In this document: positions 1 through 9,593 of the stretch, piece after piece
Numbering within the stretch: position 1 is the first letter of the stretch
Layout: each line of letters begins with the position of its first letter
IMG/VR virus record: IMGVR_UViG_3300037797_000117
Coordinates: 102,388-166,387 of that record
Direction: 5' to 3' (one strand)
DNA length: 64,000 bases
Origin: a virus
The notes under the pieces: generated by a model
What the model was told of the DNA's origin: nothing
The model's input: the letters and a program-made list of their open reading frames with translations, nothing else
The model's database searches: none
Made by a program: the position numbers and the translations under genes

Positions 1-306
1 GCCGACGGTGCGTGGGTGGACGTCACCACCATGGGCCGGACCCGGTTCTACCAACTGGTTGAGGCGCACCTGCCAGCCGCAGCGGCCGCCGTCGGGCGGA
101 CCACGCCGCAGATCCCCGCATCTGCCCCGCTGCCGGTGGTCGACCGCCCGGCCAAGCCGCCAGCGGCGGCCGCCGCTGGCGAGGATCGGGTGTGGACGGT
201 TCCGCAGTTGCGGGCTGCGGTCGCGCGCGGTGAGGAGAAGCCGGCGACGCTGGCGTACGTGGAGAAGACGATCGCTGCGCTGCGGGAGAGAGCCCGCGGG
301 GAGTAG
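1..306 (+). CDS. 3' end of a hypothetical protein (partial, begins before window)
   Basis: Frame open from base 1 to TAG at 304-306, GC3-rich codons, followed by a GC hairpin. Confidence 0.6.
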   Translation, partial: ADGAWVDVTTMGRTRFYQLVEAHLPAAAAAVGRTTPQIPASAPLPVVDRPAKPPAAAAAGEDRVWTVPQLRAAVARGEEKPATLAYVEKTIAALRERARGE

Positions 307-612
307 CCCGGGTCGGGCCGGGGTTCAAGGTCGTTTCACCTGTAAGCGCCCATGCCTGACCGCACCACACGATCACCACCTGACATGAGAGGGCACAAGC
401 CGGTGTTTCGCCGTCTCCGCACCCTGTTCCTGGCCGCCGCCGCCCTGCTGCCCCGAGCCCGGCCCCGCCACGCCGGCCGTCACCGTGTCCGCCCGTAATT
501 CCCCACAACGCATAGACTCGCGTACCTGCATGTGGGCCGCCCCAGCTTCCCCGGCCGAAAGTCGGGGCGGCCCACATGCAGCCGCGGCGGCGAAAGGGGG
601 CCTCCGACGTGG

Positions 613-1068
613 TCAGGCAAACGTGTACCCCTGCGACCGGTACCGGCGAAGCCATCCGTTCACCGTGTGCGTCGGAACCCCCAACTCGTGGGCAACCTTG
701 GCCGGCCCTCCCAGCCGCTCGTGCATCTGCTGCAACTGGCCGGCCTCCGGAGCTTTCCGATATGGCCGGGCCGCCGCCGGGCCCCGGCGACGCTGCCGCG
801 GTACCCGGACCGCCGCCGCCGTGGCCGCAACCGGCCCGCCGCCGCCGTCTGGTGCTGCCGCCGCTGCGGGAGCTCCGTTGTCGGGGGCGGGCCGGGCCAG
901 TCCCAGGTCCCGCAACACCGTCAGGTCCAAATTTTCCAAACCCAGGTCTCCCCCGTCGGCCGCGCGGAGCGTCAACTCCACAACCCGCTGCCCACGGCTG
1001 TCCTGATCGACCTTGATGACGGCTGAAAAGCCGCTGTCCTCGTCGTTCACGGTGATGGTGCGCAACAC
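613..1068 (-). CDS. HTH DNA-binding protein
   Basis: AAGGAG RBS before GTG 1068; C-terminal GGPAKVAHELGVPTHTVNGWLRRYR helix-turn-helix. Confidence 0.7.
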   Translation of the reverse strand: MLRTITVNDEDSGFSAVIKVDQDSRGQRVVELTLRAADGGDLGLENLDLTVLRDLGLARPAPDNGAPAAAAAPDGGGGPVAATAAAVRVPRQRRRGPAAARPYRKAPEAGQLQQMHERLGGPAKVAHELGVPTHTVNGWLRRYRSQGYTFA

Positions 1069-1233
1069 AGCTCCTTTGCACGTGCGCCGTGCGGCACTGA
1101 CGGCCCTGTATGCGTGCCGCGATTTACGCCACAGAACCACAAAATCTCCGGAATTGCCAAACTGCCCGAACAGCCACGCCCGCGTCGTAAACTGTCCTTC
1201 CACTGCACGGGCGCCACACAGAGGAGATCATGC

Positions 1234-2640
1234 ATGTCAGCAGCACCGAAGTCCGCCGCAGGTACACAGCGGACACTGCCGAACGACCCGGATGAGCTAA
1301 TCAGAATGTGTGACAAGGTCGGCTGGACCTCTCGAACCAGCCAGCGGGGAATCATGGTTTCCCTGCCCGACGGATCCGACGCGACTCTCATCCCGGCCCG
1401 GATGAAGGCCGGCCCGACCGCCCGCAACGTGCACTCCAACCTCCGCAAGATGGGCATCGACCGGGCCTTGGACGAGTGGGAAGCCAAGGAGAAGCGGGAC
1501 CGCGGCGCCAAGTTGGACAAGGACCGCCGCAAAGCTGAAGAGGCCACCCGCAGGGCCGAAGAGGCCGCCCGCAATGTCATTCCCCACATCGTGAAGTTCG
1601 AGGCCCCCGCCGCCAGCCCGGCCACCAACGGCGCCAACAAGCCCATCCCGACGCCGGCCCCGTCCGACCCGGTCGACCCCGACAACTGGCCGAAGCCCGG
1701 CGGGCCGATGGAAACCATCGACGTCCTCGTCACCCCCGAGATCGCGCTCGACTGGCTGACCCGCCCACTGGCCCGCCTCGAAGACGGATCAACCATCGAA
1801 CAGCGGCCCCGCCGCGAAACCTGGGTCAGGCAACTCACCGGCGAAATGCGGGACGGAACATTCCTGAAGACCCCGCAAGGGATTTCCCTGGCCGCCGCCG
1901 AGCCGGTCAACACCGGCGCCCCCGTCGACGGGCAGCACCGGCTACAGGCCATCGTCGAATCCGAAATCCCGCAGGACATGCGGGTCACGTTCAACGTGCC
2001 CCCGGAGTTGTTCCCCCTGTTCGACATCGGCAAGCCCCGCACCGGTGGCGACATGCTCGCCATGCGCGGCGAAAAGCAGGTCCACCACCTGGCGTCGGTG
2101 TTGAAACTCATCGCCGTGTGGGAACTGTGGCGGCTCAACCCGCAGAAGTTCCCGTCCTGGAGAAACTGGTCCCGTGTCAACGTCACCAACGCCGAAATGG
2201 TGGCGGTCCACAAGCGGTGGCCGAACGTCGGTAACGAGATGCGGATCACGAAGGCGCTGATCGGCAGCCCCCTCAAGTACGGCAACCAGCCCGCCTTCAC
2301 GCTGTTCCGGCTGTGGCTGCGTGAGGTATGGCCGGAAGGCTGCCAGCCGACTTCCGATGGTGGCCTGTCCTACGTCGACACGTGGATCAACGACCAGGTA
2401 CGGCTGGGTCTGGGAATCATGGAGCAGGACGACCCGGTCGGGGTGCTCCGCAACTGGATCAACGGCGGGAACGCCAGCAAGATTCCCGGCGCTGTCCGGG
2501 AGCTGTCTCTGCTGGCCCTGCTCCGCTCCTGGAACGCCCACGTCAAGAAGAGGAAGTTCGCGTTCATCCGCGTCGGCAAGGACGACATAATGCCGGTGCC
2601 GGTCCCCGGTACCCAGGAAATGATCGACAGCATGCGCTGA
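1234..2640 (+). CDS. ParB/Srx-like (DGQHR motif) protein with N-terminal HicA-like small domain
   Basis: GAGGAG RBS; PVDGQHRLQAIVES motif; terminator-like hairpin at about 2655-2689. Confidence 0.7.
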   Translation: MSAAPKSAAGTQRTLPNDPDELIRMCDKVGWTSRTSQRGIMVSLPDGSDATLIPARMKAGPTARNVHSNLRKMGIDRALDEWEAKEKRDRGAKLDKDRRKAEEATRRAEEAARNVIPHIVKFEAPAASPATNGANKPIPTPAPSDPVDPDNWPKPGGPMETIDVLVTPEIALDWLTRPLARLEDGSTIEQRPRRETWVRQLTGEMRDGTFLKTPQGISLAAAEPVNTGAPVDGQHRLQAIVESEIPQDMRVTFNVPPELFPLFDIGKPRTGGDMLAMRGEKQVHHLASVLKLIAVWELWRLNPQKFPSWRNWSRVNVTNAEMVAVHKRWPNVGNEMRITKALIGSPLKYGNQPAFTLFRLWLREVWPEGCQPTSDGGLSYVDTWINDQVRLGLGIMEQDDPVGVLRNWINGGNASKIPGAVRELSLLALLRSWNAHVKKRKFAFIRVGKDDIMPVPVPGTQEMIDSMR

Positions 2641-2703
2641 CCCCCAGCACACCGCGGCCCGCCACCCCTGACCAGGGGTGGCGGGCCGCGCACGTATCTG
2701 ATC

Positions 2704-2898
2704 TTAGCCGGCGGGCTTGTCCCGGTCCCGCAGCGCGATCACATCATCCGCCCGGAACCGGCGGTGGCCACCCAACGTGCGGATCGACGCCAACTGGCCC
2801 GAGGCAGCCCACCGGGTGACCGTTTTCGGATCAACCCCGAACATGTCGGCAACCTCCGACGGCGTCATCAGGTCCTCTGTCTCACGTTTCTTCCTCAC
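2704..2898 (-). CDS. bldC: BldC-family (MerR-like HTH) transcriptional regulator
   Basis: LMTPSEVADMFGVDPKTVTRWAASGQLASIRTLGGHRRF closely follows the Streptomyces BldC signature; GGGAGG RBS. Confidence 0.85.
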   Translation of the reverse strand: MRKKRETEDLMTPSEVADMFGVDPKTVTRWAASGQLASIRTLGGHRRFRADDVIALRDRDKPAG

Positions 2899-3041
2899 CG
2901 CCGCCCCTCCCGCCGCACGATCCACGACACCACCTCGCCGGGGCGGTGCGCCCCAGCCAGGTGCCGCATGATCGGGGCCATCCGCCGGGCCAGAATCCCA
3001 CCGCACATCGGGCAACACACCAGCCCCGTACGCCCAGTCAC
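2895..3041 (-). CDS. small C2H2 Zn-finger protein
   Basis: CPMC...HLAGAH; GTGA overlaps with both neighbours. Confidence 0.5.
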   Translation of the reverse strand: MTGRTGLVCCPMCGGILARRMAPIMRHLAGAHRPGEVVSWIVRREGRR

Positions 3042-3502
3042 AGGGCACCACCCGGGTTGGTGTCGACGACCTTCGAGTTGGCGTGCAGTACCAGGAACCC
3101 GCACCGTTCCAGCCGACGCGCCGACCGGACCACCCGCTCCTCCGACACCCCCAACACGGCCGCCAACCCGCCGGTGCCGGCACCCTCACGGCCCTGGTCG
3201 GCGGCCAGACGCAGCACCCGCCAGTCGAACGGGGTCAACGCCACCCGTACCGCGACCCGCGCCTCCACCGACCCGGCCGCAGTCACGACGGGATCCCGAT
3301 CCACGCCAGCATCCCAGCCAGGACCAACCCGCCGGCGAGCCACGTCAAAGCCATGTGGAACATCAGGTCCGCCACTTCCCGCAACGTCAACGGCTTCACC
3401 CTGAACCCCCGTTGTTGTCCAGCCACACCCGCGCGTCACGCAGGGCGGCATCCAACATTTCCCGACCAGACCGGCGGGCACCACGCCCCGCCCGGGTGGC
3501 AA
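3038..3502 (-). CDS. winged-HTH protein (start uncertain)
   Basis: LTPFDWRVLRL...LAAVLGVSEERVVRSARRLERCGFL MarR-like wHTH. Confidence 0.55.
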   Translation of the reverse strand: MPPGRGVVPAGLVGKCWMPPCVTRGCGWTTTGVQGEAVDVAGSGGPDVPHGFDVARRRVGPGWDAGVDRDPVVTAAGSVEARVAVRVALTPFDWRVLRLAADQGREGAGTGGLAAVLGVSEERVVRSARRLERCGFLVLHANSKVVDTNPGGAL

Positions 3503-3611
3503 GCTCGACCACCTGAGTCTGTTCGATCACCACCGAACCACGACGGCCGTCGATGGTCACGGTGATGCGGTCAATCTCGGCTTCCACGACACCCCTTCCC
3601 GGTGCGTCCAC
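3396..3611 (-). CDS. hypothetical protein
   Basis: ORF track, plausible composition. Confidence 0.4.
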   Translation of the reverse strand: MDAPGRGVVEAEIDRITVTIDGRRGSVVIEQTQVVELATRAGRGARRSGREMLDAALRDARVWLDNNGGSG

Positions 3612-3710
3612 GCCGTGAGGGGCGGCGGTCCCGTGATCAACGGGTCACCAACCGGTCAGGTCACGACCCGACGGGGAGAAAGGGACGAACAGCCCGCTAC
3701 GCTCACCCCC

Positions 3711-4136
3711 ATGGCAGGGGATTTCGACCACTTCCGGACCCGGCTGACGATCGAACGGCAGCTCCGCGGATGGTCCCAAGCCCACCTCGCTACCCAACTC
3801 GGCGTCAACCCGTCCGCGGTGTCCCAATGGGAACTCGGCCACCGCCGCCCCACCGCCGCCAACGCCCACCGCTGGGCCGCCACCCTCAATGTCCCCTTGC
3901 CGGACGCCACCGACGGCTGGTTCAGCCGCCTGGACCGGATGAAACAGCCCGTCCACGGCACCCGCAACGGCTACCAGTGGCACCAACGCAACAACGACCT
4001 CCCGGCGTGCGGGCCGTGCCGGGACGCCGGCGCCCGCTACACCGCCGGCCGTAAAGCGGCCCGCCTCCAACGCGAAGCGGCCGAACCCCCTCAGATACAG
4101 GGCTCGGCCGCTTCACACCGGGGTGGGGCCAGCTAG
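3711..4136 (+). CDS. XRE-family HTH regulator with C-terminal HGTxxGY...CxxC phage domain
   Basis: RQLRGWSQAHLATQLGVNPSAVSQWELG; HGTRNGYQWH...CGPC; TACGCT -10 box 7 nt before ATG (leaderless). Confidence 0.8.
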   Translation: MAGDFDHFRTRLTIERQLRGWSQAHLATQLGVNPSAVSQWELGHRRPTAANAHRWAATLNVPLPDATDGWFSRLDRMKQPVHGTRNGYQWHQRNNDLPACGPCRDAGARYTAGRKAARLQREAAEPPQIQGSAASHRGGAS

Positions 4137-4315
4137 TCGGGCTTCCCGGCGAGCCCGACCAGCAGATCCCGCAACTCCGGGTTCATCTGTTCCAACACCT
4201 CCGGCGGCACCGGCAGCCACCCGTGCCGCCGTAGCCGCGCCGCCGCAGTCTCATCCCCCCGCCGCCGGTTCTTCGCCGACGCGTTGACCGTGTTCGGGTT
4301 CTTCGGCCGCGCCAT
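4133..4315 (-). CDS. hypothetical protein
   Basis: ATG overlapping upstream TGA. Confidence 0.5.
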   Translation of the reverse strand: MARPKNPNTVNASAKNRRRGDETAAARLRRHGWLPVPPEVLEQMNPELRDLLVGLAGKPD

Positions 4316-4677
4316 CAGCCTGCCCCCAACGCGGCCAGCACCTGCGACGGCAGCAGCATCGTCCCGGCCCCGTCGGCGGCCTCGGCCAACGCCCGCACCC
4401 GCGCCGCCGGCTTGTCCACCGGCGACACGTACGGCCGGTGCAGCAGCATTGCTTTCACACCGGCGTCGGTTAGGCCCGCCCGCACCCTGTACGGCACAAC
4501 CCCCGACGCCTGCCACACCAGCCCCAACCGGTCCAACACCCCGATCTGCCGCTGCACCCGCGACGGGAACGTCCACAACCTTTCACCGAGCCGATACCGG
4601 GCCGCCAACACCTCCAAAATCAGGTACTGCGTCGGTGGCAGACCACCCACACCGACGTCGGCTACTGCCTCACCCAT
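4315..4677 (-). CDS. phage hypothetical protein (wHTH-like)
   Basis: LPPTQYLILEVLAARYRLGERLWTF; coupled to neighbour. Confidence 0.6.
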   Translation of the reverse strand: MGEAVADVGVGGLPPTQYLILEVLAARYRLGERLWTFPSRVQRQIGVLDRLGLVWQASGVVPYRVRAGLTDAGVKAMLLHRPYVSPVDKPAARVRALAEAADGAGTMLLPSQVLAALGAG

Positions 4678-4767
4678 CGACGTCCTCACCTTCCACCGGC
4701 ACCAACGTCCAGTCCTCAACCACGATCACCGTGCGCCGGTACACCTTCCCCCCGAACCGCTGGTAGC

Positions 4768-5460
4768 TCACGGCGTCTCACCGCCCTCGGTCATGGCCCG
4801 CGACAACACATCCGCCGTATACGCACCAGCGCACCGCCGACCCGTTTCCGGATCGTTGTGGCCGGCGAGCTTGCCGTGCCGGTCGCGACCTATCCGACGC
4901 CGGCAGCTCCAGCAGGTGGACGCCTCGCCGGAACCGAGGTCGCTGCCCTCGGGCTCGACCGGGCACCGGTGATCGTTCGGCAGGCACGCCGGCACGCAGC
5001 GCGGGGTGTACTCGCCCTCACGGCACGACGTCCCGGTTCCGCGGTAGTGCTCGCAATCAGCGTGCGGATGCGGCCGATCACCGCCCTCGACCTCCCGAAG
5101 TACCTCCCGGGCCACCGCGATCGGCTTGTCATACACCCGCGCGATGTGCGCGTCGTACGCCTCCGGCGTGTACTCCGGAGGCCTGGTCAGCACGGGCCGC
5201 ATCCGGTCGATCCGATCGGCGGTCGTGTCCAGCCACTCGGCGACGGCCACCGCGACGGCAGGGTGCATCATCTCGATGTACGCGGCGTTGGCGGCGTTGC
5301 TCATCGGCTCGTCGACGACGTAGCCGAACTCCTGGCCGGCAAGGTTGAACGCGACCAGCCGGTCACCGCCGTCCAGGGAACACCACGTTCCCCCGGTCGC
5401 GGCGGTCGCCTTCGCGCGCAGGCTGGTCGCCGCACGCCTCAACAGGTCAGCAAACATCAA
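4768..5460 (-). CDS. hypothetical protein, Cys-rich C-terminus
   Basis: 230-aa ORF with typical codon usage. Confidence 0.6.
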   Translation of the reverse strand: MMFADLLRRAATSLRAKATAATGGTWCSLDGGDRLVAFNLAGQEFGYVVDEPMSNAANAAYIEMMHPAVAVAVAEWLDTTADRIDRMRPVLTRPPEYTPEAYDAHIARVYDKPIAVAREVLREVEGGDRPHPHADCEHYRGTGTSCREGEYTPRCVPACLPNDHRCPVEPEGSDLGSGEASTCWSCRRRIGRDRHGKLAGHNDPETGRRCAGAYTADVLSRAMTEGGETP

Positions 5461-5515
5461 CGATCACCCTTCGGTTTGGCAGCTCTTCGCAGAACACGGA
5501 CAGGCAGATCGGCCG

Positions 5516-6352
5516 TCATCCGGTCGCCTCCGGGCGGGCCAGCACCGTTCCCGGCGCGTGCTCGGCGTGTGCCTCGGCCGGGATGGCCAGGCAGTGGTGC
5601 GGCAGGTACACGGTGGCCCCGGTCAGCGACGTCGCCTCAGCGAGTACGACCAGCGTGTTGGTCTCCCGGAACACCCCGAGCAGGTGGAACCCGGTCAGCC
5701 GGGCGTAGCCCAGCACCGCATGCGGCCACGTCGCCACCTCATTGCAGTAGCCACACGTCATCGTGCCCATGCCGGCGTCGATCTCGAACTCGCCGTCCTG
5801 CCGCGGCGGCACCGCAGCCGCCTCCTGCTTCCGTAGCCGCTCGGCGGGCCGCGGGCACTCGGCCGGATACCTGCCGATGTGGTGTGCCCAATGTCCGTCG
5901 GCGAACACCGTCGGCGTCGCGCACTCCGGGTCCGGACACGCCGACCACGTCTCGATCGGCACCATCTCGTATCGCACCCCCGGATTCGGGTGGGCCCGAC
6001 GCAGCCCCGCCACCGTCGCGGCAGCCTGGGTTTCGGACCCGACCGTGTCCCAGTCCCGGCGGGCACCCTTAGCCCGGATCTGTGCCGCGTCCTCGTACCG
6101 CTGAAGCCGGCGGGCCTCCCCGATGTGCCGCCTCTTCTTCGGCCACAACGCCGGCTCGGCATCACCCTCAGCCTCAACCGCGGCCGCCCACGCCTCCGGG
6201 TCCTCGACGATCCACAACACGACGTGCGTACCGAGCCACTCATCAACCGGGCGGCCGGTGTCGGAGTACACCTCCTCCCCGCGGTGGGTGCTCAGGTAGG
6301 TGCGGGTATCCCGCCGCGGCGCCCGCCCAACCACGACGTCCTGGCCGGTCAT
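5516..6352 (-). CDS. hypothetical protein with CxxC motifs
   Basis: ATGA overlap with upstream gene. Confidence 0.6.
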   Translation of the reverse strand: MTGQDVVVGRAPRRDTRTYLSTHRGEEVYSDTGRPVDEWLGTHVVLWIVEDPEAWAAAVEAEGDAEPALWPKKRRHIGEARRLQRYEDAAQIRAKGARRDWDTVGSETQAAATVAGLRRAHPNPGVRYEMVPIETWSACPDPECATPTVFADGHWAHHIGRYPAECPRPAERLRKQEAAAVPPRQDGEFEIDAGMGTMTCGYCNEVATWPHAVLGYARLTGFHLLGVFRETNTLVVLAEATSLTGATVYLPHHCLAIPAEAHAEHAPGTVLARPEATG

Positions 6353-6888
6353 GCCGGCACCGCCGCCGCCAGCTCGCGCCGGATCGTGGGAAGGTCCGTC
6401 GCCAGCTCGGCTACGACCAGGTCGGCGTGGTCGCCGCAGCGGATTGCCAACGTCTCGTCCGGGGTTCCCCACACCAGGTCGACACCGTACAGGCGGACAC
6501 ATCCACAGCTCAGGTGGTACACGGTCCCGCCCAGGCCGTGCGACTCGCGCCGCACCACCACATGGCCGGCCTCTTTCAGGTGACGCAGGTACCGGGTCGA
6601 GTTGACCCCGATCCGCCGACGCTGTTCCCGAACCTCCGGCGGCGTCAACAACCCCAACACCTGGGCGCGGCCATCGGGGAGCCCGTCGATCGCAGCCCGC
6701 ACCTGGTCGGCCGGCAACGTCCAGTCGACACCGAGCGGCCCCAACCCGACGGCGGCAGCCTTCGCAGCGGCCCGGGTGTGGAACTCCCCCGGGTGGGCGG
6801 CCAACCGCGACGCCTCGTGAAAGACGCGCCACCCGTCGAACCACTTGGCGACGGACAACCCGACCGGAATGCTCGCCCGCGTCTTCAC
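6349..6888 (-). CDS. hypothetical protein
   Basis: GTGA overlap with upstream gene. Confidence 0.55.
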   Translation of the reverse strand: MKTRASIPVGLSVAKWFDGWRVFHEASRLAAHPGEFHTRAAAKAAAVGLGPLGVDWTLPADQVRAAIDGLPDGRAQVLGLLTPPEVREQRRRIGVNSTRYLRHLKEAGHVVVRRESHGLGGTVYHLSCGCVRLYGVDLVWGTPDETLAIRCGDHADLVVAELATDLPTIRRELAAAVPA

Positions 6889-7463
6889 AACACACCACCC
6901 GCAGCGTCGGTCTCGCCGGTGTCGTTGCCGCCCACCCGGTTCCGGGCGGCAGTCAGCCGCGGGCTGTCGCACCGGGCCGGCTCGTTGATCGGCAGGTCGG
7001 CGAAGTCGGCGGCGGTCAACGGACGGCCGAGACGTCGCTCCAGACAGCCGATACACAACGTGGGCGGCCCGCCGACCTCGGCCCAGATCACGTCGAGAAC
7101 CGCATACCATTCCCAGGTGCCGGTGTGATCGCAGCCCTCAGGACACGGATCCCACGCCGCCGCCGCCTTGCACGGCGCGGTGTCGGCGCCGCAGTCGACG
7201 CAAATCTTCGGCTCTTCCTCTTCCTCTTCGTCATCGTCGAACTCGACCGGCTGCCGCGACTGCTGCTGGGTTACTTCGACGAGCTCGGCGCCGAGACCCT
7301 CGGCTACCTTCATAACGGCGTCGATCAGGTAGTCGGAGTACTCCAGGTCGATGTGGGTAGCGGCCCCGTCGACCGTTTCCACCGTGGCGGAAACGCCAGC
7401 GGGCCCAGTTTCGTCCCGGGTCCAGGTGATGGTCAGCTTCGGCTTTCCCACCGTGGCGGTCAT
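6885..7463 (-). CDS. hypothetical Zn-finger phage protein
   Basis: CVDC...LCIGCLERRLGRPLTAADF. Confidence 0.65.
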   Translation of the reverse strand: MTATVGKPKLTITWTRDETGPAGVSATVETVDGAATHIDLEYSDYLIDAVMKVAEGLGAELVEVTQQQSRQPVEFDDDEEEEEEPKICVDCGADTAPCKAAAAWDPCPEGCDHTGTWEWYAVLDVIWAEVGGPPTLCIGCLERRLGRPLTAADFADLPINEPARCDSPRLTAARNRVGGNDTGETDAAGGVL

Positions 7464-7798
7464 GACGGACCGCCCTCAACGCCAGGTTGCGGCCTGTCGA
7501 TCGGCTCGACAGCGGCGGCGAACAGGTCGCGAAGCCAGGGGGGATTGTCGGGGTCGGTCTGCGACGCGTAGGCCGTGGCTACAGCGTTGCCGGGCGTGCC
7601 GTCCTTCTTCAGCTTCCACCCGGAGATGGTGGATGGCATGAACGCCAACTCCCCGTTGTGCCAAACCAGCTTTACCTGGAAGGGGGCGGCGGGCCGGCCG
7701 GCGAGGTCCATGGGGTCGGCACCGGTGACGGTGTAGGTGGCTTCGGTCCGGCGCGAGAACGCTTTGAGAGTGGTGACGGGGTTCGATGTGGCGGTCAT
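7460..7798 (-). CDS. hypothetical protein (probably leaderless)
   Basis: TAGCGT -10 box 7 nt before ATG 7798. Confidence 0.6.
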   Translation of the reverse strand: MTATSNPVTTLKAFSRRTEATYTVTGADPMDLAGRPAAPFQVKLVWHNGELAFMPSTISGWKLKKDGTPGNAVATAYASQTDPDNPPWLRDLFAAAVEPIDRPQPGVEGGPS

Positions 7799-7929
7799 AC
7801 CAAACACGCTACACGTTAACGTCTAACGTGTCGAGCGGCCGATCTGCTATCGAAGCAACAGGGCATTAACTGCGTCTGACCAGCACAAACACGATCGGCC
7901 CAACCATTGACGCTTGCCTAAACGATCAC

Positions 7930-7957
7930 GTCATTAATAAGATGCCTTATGCCAACG
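7930..7957. other. dif/Xer-like recombination site candidate
   Basis: TCATTAATAA-GATGCC-TTATGCCAACG: ATAA-N6-TTATG core at the start of the recombinase ORF. Confidence 0.4.
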
Positions 7958-9334
7958 GGTGAAATCGGGCAATCCGTCGAGCCAGTGCAGTGCCGTACGC
8001 CTCCCGCTCACCCTCCGACCGACACCCCGGACCCCGTCGTGATCGAGGCCGAAGTTGTCGCCGACACCGGGGCCGCGCCGGGCCGCAGAGAGTTGATCGT
8101 GCGCGGGCGGGCAGCCCTCGCCGATCTCGACCGCAACCCTGACGACTGGGTCGACGCCGACGTCGACGCCGAGCTGCGTGACGCCATGCCGCGTAACACC
8201 CGGCTGGCCTACGAGTACCAGTGGGGTCGCTGGATCTGGTGGTGCGGCACGAAGGGCCGCGAGCACTGCCCCGCCAGGCCGGGCAGTGTGCGGCAGTACA
8301 TCAAGGAACACTGGGACATGACCGACGCGCAGGGCCGTAAGCGTGGCTGGCGGGGCCGGCCGTACGCGCCGGCCAGCGTCGAGCAGGCCGTGTACGTGGT
8401 GTCCGCGGTGCACCAGTGGTTCGGGTACGCGTCGCCGACGAAACACCCGTCGGTGAAGTTGCAGCTCAAGGCGTACGACAAGCGGTGGAAGGCTGCCGGG
8501 TACCGGCAGCGGAAGGCGTACGCGCTGACGTTGGAGGAGAACGTCGCGGTCGCCCGCACGTGTAGCCGGGCCACGGTGGGAGGGGTGCGTAACGCGTGCG
8601 CGTTCCGGCTCCAGTGGGACATGGGCGCGCGGGTGTCCGAGCTGCTCGGGGAATCCAACGAGGCCGGGGTCTGGCGTGGGCTGCGGATCGGTGACCTGCG
8701 GTGGGAGTCCGACGACCGGGCGGTCATCCACATTGCCCAGACGAAGACGCACGAGTCGCGTGACGTCGCCGTCGAGGCGACCCGGTGGCTGGTCGACGAC
8801 AACGACCAGTTCATCGACGAGGCCGGCCGGCTGATCCCGCTCGACAATGCCGGCGAGCCGACCCGGCCGCCGGTCCCCCACCCGTACGTCGACGTCGACC
8901 CGCTGATCCTGCTGCGCAGCTGGTACGACCTGCTGGTCACCCGTGGCCAGGCCCACCCGGACGCGCCGCTGTTCCGCGAGGTCGCCTCGACGGGTCGGAT
9001 GCGGAAGGACGGCACCCCCGCTGGTGGCATCCTGCCGGGGCCGTGGGGGTACGAGGCGTTCTCGATCGAGTTCGACCGGTGCGTACGCCGGGCCAGGGTC
9101 CACGTCGACCCGGTCACCGGTGAGGAGCGGCACATCACGTCGCACTCGAACCGGTCGGGGCTGATCACCGAAGCGGTCGACGCGGGGGTGCCGGCGGAGA
9201 TTCTGCGGCTGCGAACCGGGCATGCGGCCGGGTCGCGGGTGCTCCAGGGCTACTACCGGTCGGGTCGCAAGTGGGGGCGGCACAACCCGGGGACGGTCAT
9301 CCGTAGGACCCGGCGCCGGGCGGTTCCTGCCTGA
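7949..9334 (+). CDS. Cre-like tyrosine recombinase
   Basis: N-terminal NTRLAYEYQW core-binding region; catalytic GARVSEL (R), TKT (K), HSNR (HxxR), TGH, GYY (Y). Confidence 0.9.
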   Translation: MPTGEIGQSVEPVQCRTPPAHPPTDTPDPVVIEAEVVADTGAAPGRRELIVRGRAALADLDRNPDDWVDADVDAELRDAMPRNTRLAYEYQWGRWIWWCGTKGREHCPARPGSVRQYIKEHWDMTDAQGRKRGWRGRPYAPASVEQAVYVVSAVHQWFGYASPTKHPSVKLQLKAYDKRWKAAGYRQRKAYALTLEENVAVARTCSRATVGGVRNACAFRLQWDMGARVSELLGESNEAGVWRGLRIGDLRWESDDRAVIHIAQTKTHESRDVAVEATRWLVDDNDQFIDEAGRLIPLDNAGEPTRPPVPHPYVDVDPLILLRSWYDLLVTRGQAHPDAPLFREVASTGRMRKDGTPAGGILPGPWGYEAFSIEFDRCVRRARVHVDPVTGEERHITSHSNRSGLITEAVDAGVPAEILRLRTGHAAGSRVLQGYYRSGRKWGRHNPGTVIRRTRRRAVPA

Positions 9335-9395
9335 GGCGGTGGGGCGGCGCGGCGTGTCGGTCCCCCAGAACGTAAACGATCGGTACGATGTAAAC

Positions 9396-9593
9396 GTGCC
9401 GAAGAGTGAATCGTCCCAGGTCAGCAAGCCTCCCGCCGACGTCCGGGTGCCCGTCGCTACCCGGATCCGTATTTCCGCCGTCAAGCAGATCGACGACTTC
9501 GCCGCAGAGGAGAACCGCCCCCGGTCGGCGATGCTGCGAATCCTCCTGGCCGAGGCGGTCACAGAGCGCCTCCGCAAGCGGGGCCGCCGGTGA
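9396..9593 (+). CDS. ribbon-helix-helix (CopG-like) regulator
   Basis: VPVATRIRISAVKQIDDFAAEENRPRSAMLRILLAEA. Confidence 0.75.
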   Translation: MPKSESSQVSKPPADVRVPVATRIRISAVKQIDDFAAEENRPRSAMLRILLAEAVTERLRKRGRR

